Source: Euprymna scolopes | Lineage: Eukaryota | NCBI GenBank assembly: GCA_053919585.1 | Contig: CM132787.1 | DNA: 64,000 nucleotides | Direction: 5' to 3' (one strand) | Shown: positions 38,260-51,719 of the stretch, in pieces | Layout of the letters: each line of letters starts with the position of its first letter | How positions within the stretch are numbered: the first letter of the stretch is position 1 | Made by a program: the position numbers and the translations under genes | Notes under the pieces: generated by a model | Databases searched by the model: none | What the model was told of the DNA's origin: nothing | Seen by the model: the letters and a program-made list of their open reading frames with translations, nothing else

Positions 38260-38580
38260 AAGGAGTCACCAATTACTCGAGGATAAGGGTTAATAAGTGG
38301 GCAGTGGTCAATCGGACAGTGTTTTAGTAATTGTTAGTAGGGGAAATTTGGTAAATTGGATTACTTAAAGAGAACGGCTTATCAAGAACTTGTTTACGTT
38401 GGACTTGAACACGACCATATTATACTCAGCCGGAAAGAAGGCAAATGGAAGAGTGTTCCACAGGTGTGCAGTTCTAAGAAAAATGCTTTGTTCATGGAAT
38501 CTACGTTTAGGTGCAGGCACGGATAAAGAGTAGGGGATATTATTGATAGTGTTTTTAGGTACACGAGTGTTTTTCGTGAA
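38260..38580 (-). mobile_element. 3' fragment of the CR1-group LINE
   Basis: TTCCACAGGTGTGCAGTTCTAAGAAA, GTTGGACTTGAA and TTGTTCATGG match 13400-13520. Confidence 0.8.
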
Positions 38581-38964
38581 GGTTTGGCGAAGGGGGGCGC
38601 ATAGAAAAAAAACAATATTGGCAGACTATTGCTAATTTTAATTACGACCTTCTGTGATGTATATCTAGCAAATATTTAGAAATGTTTTATATTAATATAA
38701 AGTAAGTTTCATGTAAGTTATTGGTGACAGCCACAGTATCGAACATAGACGTGTTGTAACATACTATGCTGTATGTCTTTAAATACATTCTTATGCATAT
38801 ACACATTTTCATCTGTAATATTTCCTCAATCAATACTGTGTACTGGTCAAATTAAATTTATTTCTCATATTGTTTGTACAATATTTATTATAAGCAAACT
38901 ACATTATATTTTCAGCCCATCAAAACAATATTATTGTAACTGGATAACTTTCATATTGTTTTTT

Positions 38965-39404
38965 ACGCCGGAATCACCACTTATCAAGGCTCGGATGCCA
39001 GTCAAGGATAAGTGTCTATATGTATACATTAGTCAGCGTGATTATAGCGTAGTAGTGGCATTTTTCTAAGTTGGATTACTTAGGGGGGCGGTTCATCAAG
39101 AACTCCTTTACGTTGGACATGAAGGCAATCAAATTGTAGTCAGATGGAAAGCAAACGAAAACAGCAACGTGGAAAGCAACGGAAGAGAGTTCCGTATGCG
39201 TGCAGTTCTATTTCTTAGAAACTTTGTTATGGAATCTACATTTAACTTTAGGCACAGATAAAGAATGTGGCATAGATTGAAGCTCAGACGAGCAACTGCC
39301 ATAGAAATAATGATAAAGCAGAGACACACTCGCAACGTCTTTTCTGTGGAAAAGAGGTTGCAAGGAAGAGAAAGGGGCATCCCCCACTCTAGTACGAAGT
39401 TCAT
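38965..39404 (-). mobile_element. 3' fragment of the CR1-group LINE
   Basis: CACCACTTATCAAGG...GGATAAGTG, GCTCAGACGAGCA, GGAAAAGAGGTTGCA and GGGCATCCCC match 13277-13730. Confidence 0.85.
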
Positions 39405-40297
39405 TATAATTGAAATAATTTAGTTTTATGCCCGAGCATTTTAATATACGTATAATGTAACAAAAGTCACAAATGAAATAAGTCTGCTAGCGAGTATATT
39501 CAAATGAGTTTAACCTTCAAGGAAATAGATCTGTTTAGTAATTGCAAACAATTCAAAATAAAGTTCTGCGGCATTCATTTATCCTACTTAGGATGAAGTC
39601 TTCCAGGGGATTTAAAAAGCAATCATACTGATTAACTGTCAACAGTATGTGAGGTTGATTGGTTGCAGATAATCAGCCAATATTTAACCAGTTGTGAAAA
39701 CAAAATAGTGAAGAGAGAGAGTGTAAATGTCAGTGAAGTGTCGAAATGTCAACTGCAGAATGTGAAGTTCGCTATTCAATTTTGTAATGAGATACTAAAC
39801 GGTAAATAGATACATCTTAATCTAGGATAATCAAACTGAGAGAAATATGCGCTAATGCATGAAAATAAAACATATAAAAGGAAAAATAGTATAGTAATTT
39901 GGTACAGAAGGTGTGATATAGAAGATACTGGAAACACACATGCTTATATGTCTACTTATGCACACAGATATACTATTACCCGAACACATACATGCGTATA
40001 TATCACTTATATACATGAACTTACAAATGTTCTAAAACTAAAATGATTTTGAGCATTGTTTGGATCATAATCTTATTCAATTTAAACATTTGAGAACATG
40101 GTCTTTACGTTTCTGTTTCTTCTGTATGCTATATTCGCAAATAACCCGCTTATTAGTGAAGTGTGGGTACAGATTTACATTTTTAGGGACGACCTCGTAA
40201 TTGATTGTAGTCAATTAAAAACCGCGCATACACTCACACACAATCACCCCCACACCTACACCCTCACACAAACGCACACACACATCCTTACACACAA

Positions 40298-40342
<45 letters not shown>

Positions 40343-41052
40343 TATATACTTTTTTGATTGTAGAAATTCTCCTCTTGACCAAAGTACCGCATGGTTTAAA
40401 ACAACAGACGCCACATAAAAATTTATTATATTTAGACTATTAGCCACTATCGTATGTAACTTTAGAACGATTATTTTCATGGATAATTATTTTACATAAG
40501 TACGGTGGAAATTTTTAAACAAATCATTTTCTTTGTTTGATTAAATTGAGTATACTATCACGAAGAGGTTATAGTCGGGTAATAAGGATAGAAAAATGGA
40601 TCTTTTAGTGCTTGTCTTATTGTCATTATTTCATTGATAAATTAGTTTTAGACTATTTTTAATTGTGAGGTAATAAGTCCTTGTACACATAACACCGAGT
40701 CATTATGCGCTTATTCTCTCCTACAAGCCAGAACGAAATACTTCACATTAGAAACTGCTATGAAATATAATTGTAATTAAATCTGCAATGTCTTAAAAGA
40801 ATCCAAAGAGCAGAACAGACGAATCGTGGAGCATTTTATTTCTTACTTTCATTTTAAAGCAATGTATATATATAATCGTGATATAATTTTGGCTAATACA
40901 CATCCGCTATTATACCATGATAATTAGCGGTTTTGTATTTGTCTAACATAATCGATTTCAAAGCTATACTATAACAAACAGGTTAAATTCAGAGATCAGG
41001 GGAAACCTTTTGTGTCGCTTTATTTATTTATTATTGCAGCTCAATATATATA

Positions 41053-42461
41053 TTTTTTTTAATTTTGAAATTGCTATGAAGCGTAGAGAAATGAATATGG
41101 GTACTCTTATTTCTTTGATTTTCGTGGAATTTGAACAGATATTTTGAAAATTATGCCATTTTTTTAAATATTCTGATAATTTTAAGTGTTTATCACTTTA
41201 TTTCAGGTCTCCCAAAATGTATAGAAAGAGTCGATTGACAGCTAGTGAAAAAGAGTGTGTTGTTTCAGGCCTTGAGGAAGGTTTATCTTTCATAGATCTA
41301 ACCAAGGAGCTTGGAAGGTATCGAAGAACAGTATCTTCATTCGTTGAAAATCCAAGCATCAAACCACGGAAGAACAAAAACACAATGAAGTCAGTTTATG
41401 CTCGTGATGTTATCAAGCTGCTATATTTGACAAGACTGGAATGCCTTCATTGACCAGAAACATACGCTGAAATGTCTTAAACGAAATTGCAAGAAGCATT
41501 AAGCCCATAGTAAGACTTGTTTTAAATCAAACTCATAAGAAAAAAACGTTTGTTTTGGGTTTAGCAAAAACATGAAAACCAGCTTTGACATTGTTATTTT
41601 CCCCAATGAGGCCAGAGCAACCATTGATGGGCGAGATGGGTGGCTAAAGTTTGGAATCATCTTGGATTCCCTACCCCTCATCGATTCCGTCACCAATCTG
41701 AAGGTGGATGTGTCATGTTGTGGGCTTGAATAATCTGCGATAAACTAACTGGACCATTTCCTGTGCCAGAAGGTTTCAAACTGACACGCCAGTCTTATAT
41801 TTTATTTTTAAATGAGTATTTGTCACCATGACTTAATGACCTTTCATTGGCAAATTTATTTATATGCACGACAATGCACCATTCCACTTAGCCAAATCTA
41901 CGACATTTCTACCTTTAGTCATTAGGCATTGGTGGAGATAATTAGATTACATGGCCACTTTGTTCTCCAGATTTAAACCAAATTGAGCAGCTCTGGTTAA
42001 TAATAAAGATGAAAGTTTATGGAGGAGGTATTCGATTTTTGTCGAAGGAAGAAATTTGGAGGAATATTTTGGAAGATTCTTATAGCATTCCATCATCTCA
42101 AATCCGCCGATTTACATCATCAGTTGACAAGAGTGATTTGGAAGCATGTGACTCGTGTTTTTATAGAAATATTTCCTTAAACAAATAATGTGAAACCAGT
42201 TCCTATTTTTGGTAATGTTCTTTATTTAAAATGAATAGAAATATGAAGTTAGAATATTTTTATTACCGAAAATAAGCATTTTTAGATACTCGCACTGAAA
42301 ATTACAAGAAAATTAAAAAAAAATTAACATAACTTTCAAAATATTTGTTCAAATTCCACAAAATTAAGGCAAATAAGTCAACTTTTTTATGCTTTTCCAG
42401 TGTACCAAATTTCATTTCTCTGCGTTTCATAGCAATTTCAAAATTAAAAAGTACACATGGT

Positions 42462-42463
<2 letters not shown>
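41053..42463 (+). mobile_element. Decayed Tc1-like DNA transposon with long TIRs
   Basis: Inverted arms TTTTTAATTTTGAAATTGCTATGAAGCGTAGAGAAATGAA..GTGGAATTTGAACAGATATTTTGAAA and their inverse at ~42310-42450. Transposase remnants: HTH region (ORF 41217-41453), VIFPNEARATIDGRDGW, GGCVMLWA, YMHDNAPFH and WPLCSPDLNQIEQLW. TA/(TA)n flanks. Confidence 0.85.
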
Positions 42464-42524
<61 letters not shown>

Positions 42525-43491
42525 ATAGCACTAAATTAAATAAGCAGCATTCTTATTTATACGTTCCTGAATCCAAAGACTCCGGTGTAGTTTGAAGGAC
42601 ATTTTTCTACATTAATGAACAGCTGTAAATTTATATATCAATTATCGTTGATAAATCTTTGAGGCTATAATCAGCAATGCACTAATAAAGGATTTTGTCA
42701 ATATTTTTTTCTGATTAACAGTATTGATTAAGGGAAGCTCCTTTTACTGCAGATATTCTAAGTGTCATCTATAGGTGTATATACTATGCACTCGATAAAG
42801 TAGAAGAATCTAGAACTCAGCTATAATCAAATCCTTTGACCGGCCTGGGAAGCGACTCACGTAAATAAAATCCTATGGCGTTTCTTTAGAAATAGTATAC
42901 ATAATTAGATCCTTTATACAGAAGACATTAAATCTAAGTTTGACTCACTTTGATGTACATACCCCTATAAACTTAACAAGCTGAAAAATCTATCGTCTCT
43001 CTAAATTCTAAAGAACACTTTTGCTCTGTTAGTTTCTTCATTTTGGCTCTTAGATTTTGGAATTTCCTCCCTGTTACCTGCTTCTCACACTGCACTAAAC
43101 TGCAGAAATATTCATATGATGTGATCAGATATCACGCTGCTAAGCTTGCCACAATCCCATGTAAGACATTAACATTAATACAACCTTCTTACCTTCGGTT
43201 GAAATATGCCTTTCTGTAGATCAAAAAGAATAATAAAATCAATGGTGTCTCCTTTAAAAAATAGAATTTCTTTTTTGATCTCTTGTTTAATTGTTACCGC
43301 GCACAATTGTAGACGTCACGTAAATATTTAGTTATATATATTGTGAATAAAGTATGACGGGCGGGTGAAGGCGGATGATATAAATAATTGAGAGAGTGCG
43401 AGAAATTTTGAGTGAAAACGGAAAAGAATTAATCAATAAACTGATTATTGTAATATGCAAAGATAAAAACAGTCATATTACATCATATATG

Positions 43492-43545
<54 letters not shown>

Positions 43546-45499
43546 TTTCCTTAATATCCAAACATTTTACTTCATTTACTAATCATGTAATCCGATCAAT
43601 GTTAAAATGAATGCAATCGATATTACAAAGTTTACAATTTCCGATCAAATCAACTTCCGTTCACATGTATGGGAGAATAGCAAATCACTTCAATTTGTAT
43701 TTGACTTCTTTGAATGTCTCAATTAACTGTAAAAAATGTCATATTGAATTTTGAGTTATACAAGAAACAAAAATTCAGCCGAATATCAAGCGTTCATGCA
43801 AAACCTAATGACGGCAATTGTTGAAACGATCATAACGAAAACTGATCGAAAGATCCGATTTTGTTATTTATTTTTAATAAAAAATATCCGTTTATTTTAC
43901 TAAATCACCATTCAGCGTTTGTTTTTTATTAGCGTCATAAAAATGCACCTGATTTAAAATAGGAACTTCTTTAAAATATCGATAATTAATGAGGAGATGA
44001 AAACTGAACGAACAGTTATTAATCGTAATGTATTGTGCCCGGTGTGTGGGTCTATTTTAGGGGAGTAAATAGCGACAGGATTAACTTGTATCCGTGACAA
44101 AAATGTGCTTAAAACATATTAAAAAGGACGTTGTCAGAAAAAAGATACTTTTAAAACAGATTAAGGAGGCAATAACAATGTAAAATTATCAATAAGTTAA
44201 CAAATATTGCAAAGTTCTGAAAGCGTGCAAGATATGATAGTATATTAGAAAGTCTAAAATAATGTAAGTTATCAAAGAAACACAGTAAGTTTGCACCATA
44301 TTTATCTTCCCTTACGATAATGCAAATAATTATATTTTCTATATTACATGTTGTGGCTAGAAACTTTACTTAAATGTTGACTGTAAATAGGTCAAAATGT
44401 AAGTTTTAAACTTCATTGAATGGTCCACGCTTAAAAATTATTGGATCTTTATGAATTTGTAGTACAACTGCGACATGTAAGGAGGAGAAATATGATTTAT
44501 TAGTATTTTAATTATTCTTTTTGCAAGTCGTTACGAAAAGCCGTAGAATGCCAGCCTCTCAAAAGAAACCGACTTTTTACACTGTTATTCTCATAGGATT
44601 ATTTTAAATCTTCAGCTATCATACTGGATAGTGGGACTAGTAGAATAACAATAAAAAGAAAACCAACAACGAGGATTAAAGTAAAATCCGGAGTATTGGT
44701 TTTCTGAATACAAATTATTATGCAGTTCGAAGAGCTTCATGTTAACGAAGAGATAAAGCCACAATGGCACGTGCTCATGAATATTTCGGTTTGTTTAGAA
44801 TTACGTTTCCAATAAGACAGAAATTCTTCGCACGAAAGTTCACCACTGTCTATATAGAGATATATAAGAAAAGGAGTAAATATTACCGAAACATAACAAT
44901 TTCAAAGAAATCACATATTACACATGCAAATATTTCTTCCACCTGCATTGTTTCTATCATTATATTATACAAATACAAAGATGCTAACAGATAAATGCAC
45001 TTGCGCCAAACTGACTATCATTGAAAGCTTTACATTGAGTATACGTTTAAGTAGGTACGCTTATATCAACATTCATGGATTTTGAATCANNNNNNNNNNN
45101 NNNNNNNNNNNNNNNNNNNNNNNNNNNNNNNNNNNNNNNNNNNNNNNNNNNNNNNNNNNNNNNNNNNNNNNNNNNNNNNNNNNNNNNNNNNNNNNNNNNN
45201 NNNNNNNNNNNNNNNNNNNNNNNNNNNNNNNNNNNNNNNNNNNNNNNNNNNNNNNAGAGGGATTTATAATGTAATTTAATCGTGACTTATATGTAAATAT
45301 ACATTAGTATTAAAGTATGAAACTTCATTTCCATAACTATATTTTACTACATTATATATATATGTGTGTGTGTGTGTAAAGATGTGTGTGTATGTGCGTG
45401 CGTGTGTGTGTGTGTGTGTGTGTGGTCAGGAATAGGCTCCTATATGGCTGACGATTAAAAAAACTGATTCCATATAATGATAGAAGATGCATCGAGACA

Positions 45500-45980
45500 C
45501 AGGAATGGGTATGTTTGATCTTGCAGAACGGTGGTTCATTAAAATTGTGGGGTCTACCTTCGCATCTGGTCCACAAAGTATGGAAATACAAAATTTTAAA
45601 ATGAAAAAAAAAACGTTTACAAGTGGTTTTGATATAGATGTACATAAGAATACTTTGATAAGTATGTTTTAACTTAAATAGGGATAGTATAATAAAATTG
45701 TGGGGTCTGCGTTCGCGCTTGGCCTTCATAGAATGGAAATAGGCACCCACTTTTATAAAGATTTTTCATATCTATCTGCGTAAGTATACTTTGATAATTA
45801 TGTTTCAGTTTGAAGAAATATGGTATAATAAAATGATGGTGTGTTCGTTCGCCCCTGACCTCTATAGAATGGAAATATGTCACAAAGTTTAATAAGGTTT
45901 TTTAAATATAGATCCACCGAATACCGTTAAAAGTGTTTCAGTGTGAACAGGTATGGTATAATAATTTATGGGGTTTATCT
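45500..45980 (+). repeat. Diverged ~135-150 bp tandem repeat, about 3.3 copies
   Basis: A TrGTATAATAAAATTGTGGGGTCT..TTCGC..GAATGGAAATA core recurs at ~45532, 45685 and 45821, and partially at 45954. Confidence 0.75.
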
Positions 45981-47322
45981 ATTTTATTTTTACTTTCATC
46001 ATATTTTACTTTGGTGTTGATAGCCCCCGAATTCGAAGCTATCTCTTTACAAGCCTTCCTTTTCATAACCTATCATACTTTAATAAATCAGAGTCCATTT
46101 TCTGTAGGCTGTTTTTGAATCCAGTCAACGNNNNNNNNNNNNNNNNNNNNNNNNNNNNNNNNNNNNNNNNNNNNNNNNNNNNNNNNNNNNNNNNNNNNNN
46201 NNNNNNNNNNNNNNNNNNNNNNNNNNNNNNNNNNNNNNNNNNNNNNNNNNNNNNNNNNNNNNNNNNNNNCACGTGTATACATACAATTGCTGTACATTCA
46301 TCCGCATCACCCACCAACTGTTTTGACGTCCTACAGTTATTCGGTTCTCCTAGACAGCCATTCGACTCAAGTTAAGATCGAACCTGCGCACATCTATTTG
46401 GTATTCTGCGTCTTTAATCTTTGGTAATCTTTGGAGTAGCGAATGAATACAGAGTAAACAAATAAACCATGCATGCTCAGTGCACAGTGAACGTGGCATA
46501 AAATAATGACTAAGTTTAGCATTGTATCCTCCCATTTAGCTCTAAAAGTCCCCAGTGGACGTCAAATCCTGGTAAAAATAAGCAAATGGTGCAGTTTAAG
46601 GTCTTAACATATGCAAAACAAGAAATTACTAAGTCCATCATTTGCCCCTCCCCATTTAGTCCCAAAATTTCCCAAGGCCTTAACATATTTAAATTTGAGT
46701 TCAGCACAATACAAAACTGCTAAATAAACATACACAAGAAAATTTTGGGCAAATATGGCAAAATAATCCAAAAAATGAACTAAAATAGCCTCTGGGGCAC
46801 ATTGAAGAGTTATCGTTAAGTATAGACAAATAAATTATATAGAAATCAGTTAGTTAAAACTTTTCAGAAATTTTGTAAACATCCAAGTAATCATTTTAAA
46901 TTTTTTTTTTAATTTTAGCCATTTTAACACGAAAGAAATCCCTAGGGAGACAACCGAAGTTTTCTCGGAAAATTAGTTCTGTTTCTTTTTTACTCATATA
47001 TTGTTTAATGTTTGTGCAAACTTTCAAAGCATTCCAAAGCGTAGATATTGAGAAAAGTGCAGACAGACGAACATACTCTACTCACGGACGAACGGATAAG
47101 GGTGAATCTACAGGTCCGCCTTATTTTTGCCGGGGGACCCCCCCCCCCCAAAAAAAATACAAAATGTTAAAGAAACAACTAGGAAGTATAAAATTTGGTC
47201 TTCTAGTAATAATATTATAAAGTTTTCCACTCCAAATATAAACATAGCAAATTTTAATCATGTGAGGTGATATGAACAATGACTAATACATCTGTCACAG
47301 TTTGAATTCAAACTGCAAAAGC

Positions 47323-48388
47323 ATAGAAACTCATGAACTATAATACGCCGAAACATCCATGTGAATGACTATATGTATATGTATGTGTCTATGTGGACAA
47401 CTATATGTATATGTATGTGTCTATGTGACGACTTTATGTATATGTATGTGTCTATGTATAGAAACCCATGAACTATAATACGTCGAAACATCTATATGGA
47501 CGGCTATATGTATATGTATGTGTCTATGTGGACGACTATATGTATATGTATGTGTCTATGTATAGAAACCCATGAACTATAATACGCCGAAACATCTATT
47601 TGGATGACTATATATATATATATATATATGTATGTGTCTATGTGACGACTATATGTATATGTATGTGTCTATGTATAGAAACCCATGAAATATAATACGT
47701 CGAAACATCTATATGGACGGCTATATGTATATGTATGTGTCTATGTGACGACTATATGTATATGTATGTGTCTATGTATAGAAACCCATGAACTATAATA
47801 CGCCGAAACATCTATATGGACGGCTATATGTATATGTATGTGTCTATGTGACGACTATATGTATATGTATGTGTCTATGTATAGAAACCCATGAAATATA
47901 ATACGCCGAAACATCTATATTGACGGCTATATGTATATGTATGTGTCTATGTGGACGGCTATATGTATATGTATGTGTCTATGTGACGACTATATGTATA
48001 TGTATGTGTCTATGTATAGAAACTCATGAACTATAATACGCCAAAACATCTATGTGGATGACTATATGTATATGTATGTGTCTATGTGACGACTATATGT
48101 ATATGTATGTGTCTATGTATAGAAACCCATGAAATATAATACGTCGAAACATCTATATGGACGGCTATATGTATATGTATATGTCTATGTGGACGGCTAT
48201 ATGTATATGTATGTGTCTATGTATAGAAACCCATGAACTATAATACGTCGAAACATCTATTTGGATGACTATATATATATGTATGTGTCTATGTGACGAC
48301 TATATGTATATGTATGTGTCTATGTATAGAAACCCATGAACTATAATACGTCGAAACATCTATGTGGATAACTATATGTATATGCATG
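47323..48388 (+). repeat. Two-module higher-order minisatellite
   Basis: Ten copies of module A (ATAGAAACCCATGAACTATAATACGYCGAAACATCTAT) separated by 2-3 copies of module B (GTGGACGACTATATGTATATGTATGTGTCTAT). Periods are ~104 bp (ABB) and ~135 bp (ABBB). Confidence 0.95.
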
Positions 48389-49740
48389 TCTGCGTGAGGT
48401 TGGAAGGGGGGTAAGGTGTTGTATAACACTAGCCAGAAATGTCAAATGACATCCGTTTGTTTTTCTCTCTCTCTTTCTTTTATACACACACATCCACACA
48501 CAGGCATACAATTTTCCCTAACTTTTTTCTTTCTCTATCCCTCACAAATATACGATTATTACACTAAAGTTAACTTAATTATAGTTTGTTTCATTGAGAT
48601 ATTTTCTTACATCTTTAATTACACAAAATATATGTAGTGTATTTTTTTTATTTAGGGGATTGTTAATGTATTATTTTTTGTTTGTTTGAGAATTCTTAAA
48701 ATATATATTTTTTTGAGGATTGATTTATGTCTAAAAATCTATATTTTTGTTCTAATTAACCGTAATTTGAAATGTGCTCACCAATTGACCAATCTCCTAC
48801 TAAGTTATCTCTATTTTCCCCGCTGACGGATGGCCAGCCATTATTAATGAATACTCTTTTTATCATATTCGCTTTCGATTGGGTTTATAATTAGTTAAAC
48901 GTAATTTAACTAACAATCAGCAAGATAAGTGCAATTACCATATTCTATTATAAACAATAGTACGCATCACTGTTCGGATTTATGTTATTAAAGAACAACT
49001 TCAATTAAAAATGAGAGATATAAGAAATGGTTTATAAATATTTTACATTTAACTGGCAAACTGACTCGGCCAAGTTTCAATACTACACACGCACACATAC
49101 ATACATACAAATATAATGCGGAGTGTTATGTTTGTTTGTTTGTTTGCATATAAACAATCTTATCGAACACTATAAAAGCGATAGACTAGTGTCTCTATAT
49201 ATAGACATTTGACGAGGTTATGTCCGGGCACCGATCCCACTGGCCAGACGTTAAAACTACCGACTATAAACTAAATGGTTGTAGATTTAATCCCTGGTTA
49301 TGGGTGGGTGCACTAATGACTTGTGATACACCAAAATAGTACTGTATGTGGATGACGATATATGCTGTTTTAAGCCATGCATGGTGAATGAACAGTTTAT
49401 ATAATGAAGAATATTCTGAGGGAATTGAATACGATACATTTTTAAAACGCTTCAAGACAATAATTTGTTGGCATTTAATTTTAAATTGATTATCATACAG
49501 TAAATAGAGAAGAAATCTCGTAATATATTCGACTTAAAGATTAAATTCCTGACGGTTCGATATTCCGTGAAATTATGAAATCAACACCAATAATGTATGC
49601 TATGTGAAATCAATAACAATAGGTTATATTATGTGGGAATTCTTGATACATTTTACAAAAAGCGGTCACATTTTGTCCCTAAAATTGTATTTCTCGGTGT
49701 AAACAAAAATTAGCGGGAAATAAAAAAAAGTTTTGTATAG

Positions 49741-49808
<68 letters not shown>

Positions 49809-49904
49809 CAAACAGTTAATAAAATATGTTAAAAACCACTTTGAAATGATAAAAAAACATATTTAATCTGAAAAGGAAACACTAGATAAATGGATAGTCT
49901 TTAA

Positions 49905-49950
49905 TACGCGGAGTTTCGAAGAAATACTCTCCTTCTCATCAGAGGGTAGG
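49905..49950 (-). ncRNA. Degenerate hammerhead-ribozyme-like core, probably a Penelope pLTR relic
   Basis: Minus strand reads CTGATGA-GAAGGA-gagtat-TTCTTC-GAAAC, with a 6-bp stem II. Stems I and III are not convincingly intact. Confidence 0.4.
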
Positions 49951-51719
49951 AATTAGCAAAATGCGGGATCGGATTTGGCATGCAGAAGTATTTGATGAAA
50001 CAACAAGTAAGTCAAAGATCTTACTTGAAAACAAAATAAGTTAAGCAGAGGGAATATGGTAAAGAAAAAGGTGATTACACATGAATGGATAGTCTGGTGG
50101 AAGATAAAAAATCCAGTGACGGTAAAATCCAAATGTAAAACTTCAAGAAAGTTAAAAGAATTTCCATTTGTACAAGTAAAATCCAAGGAAATCCCGTAAT
50201 TGGAAGAAGATGGTCAATAATAATCAAAAGGCAGAAATCCATGGAATAATTCACAAAACTGTGTACAAGGAAAAAAATAATATTCATAAAAGAAAAATAA
50301 GATATGCTTTTTACTCTACTTCCGAGACATAACTATAAATAAAAAAGATATGGGAAGAGAAAGGAGAGAGAGAAAAAATGATAAAGTTAAATATAAAATA
50401 AAGGGAAACAAAAGTCAAAATGACCCAGACAGGAAATGTTAAAGGCGCGAAAATATATATAAGGCAAAATAATATAGGTCAACTGAAATATACAGGTCAT
50501 CACTTAAAAAAATTTCAGCAAGAGTTGTTAAACGACACTAAAAGGAAAATAAAAAAGGAAAATAAAAATAAATATATATAATAAATAAATAGAAAATAAA
50601 GAATAAATAAATAAAATATAATACAAAATATAATAGCTATTGTAGCATGCAATATTTATATCATATTATAGTTTTAACTGTGCTACGGAGGTTATGTTTT
50701 CGGTTGAGTTTGTTTTTTCGGTTTATTAAATTTTTAGTTCATTGTATATTTTTAGTTGGAGATCAACATCGTTTGACCAGGTTGATTTTCAACTTTTTTT
50801 GGAAAATGTAAAAGGCTGAAGCAGAGAAGGTTGCACTAACATATGGGGAGTACAAATATAAAAAAAAAAACTAGGTTTCTAACATCAGGCATCGGATGCT
50901 AATTTGATTTTAAAGATCGTCTATTTTTAGACACGGAAAAAATCCTTATCTGTGAAAGATTTGTGAGAGATTATTTAGTATTTTGCAGTTTCAATCATAA
51001 CAAGTTGTTTTTTTATATTTAAATAAACGATATAATGACTGATATGCTAAATATTAAACAAAATTATAATTCCCCCCCCCATACTGAGGTGGCGGCAATT
51101 ACAAAATTCTATAAATGCTGCATTTTACTTTGTTTTATAACTGCAAAATTCAATTCTTTTTACTATCAATGAAAGAAAGAAGTTTTTATTCTGTTTGGAA
51201 AAAAGTCTTAATAAAATCTAAAACAAATTATTTACTTACCTCTAGGCAGTTATCTATGATTGTATAAAAAACACAAAACAATTGGCAAGTAAAAAAGCTA
51301 TTTTTTTACCATAATATAAAACTTCTCCCTATATGATCCCTTTGAAGCAAAAAATGGCCTCATTTACTGGCATAAAATCTTAGCAGTAATATGTCATATA
51401 ATATAATAATATAGAAAAAAAGTTACCAAAATCCCACGGATGATATTTTCTTGGAGTAATACTGACATTCAAATTAACACGGACAATAAAAGAAAACTTA
51501 ACGTTATGTTTTTTGCCAACTTAAGAAAATCCCAATACTATAAAAATAGTATGAATTGAATATAGTGAATGGATATTAAGATTTACAAAGGTATAAATTA
51601 TTCTGAGTGATATTTGAATTCATTTTGGCCTTTTTAAAAATATGTTTCATTTTTATTTCCGGTTTTATTTTATTTCAATCTATTTTAATGCTAAATCTTA
51701 CAAATTTACTTTTATTTGT

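Noticed and set aside
46730-47160. Helentron/DINE-1-like element (also ~50670-50800) and isolated Helitron-like ends at ~32372, 35175 and 63255
   Set aside because: End motifs are suggestive, but I could not define both boundaries, so they are not listed as features.
47323-48388. CRISPR-like array
   Set aside because: The sequences between A modules are themselves repeats (module B), not unique spacers. There are no cas genes and the context is eukaryotic.
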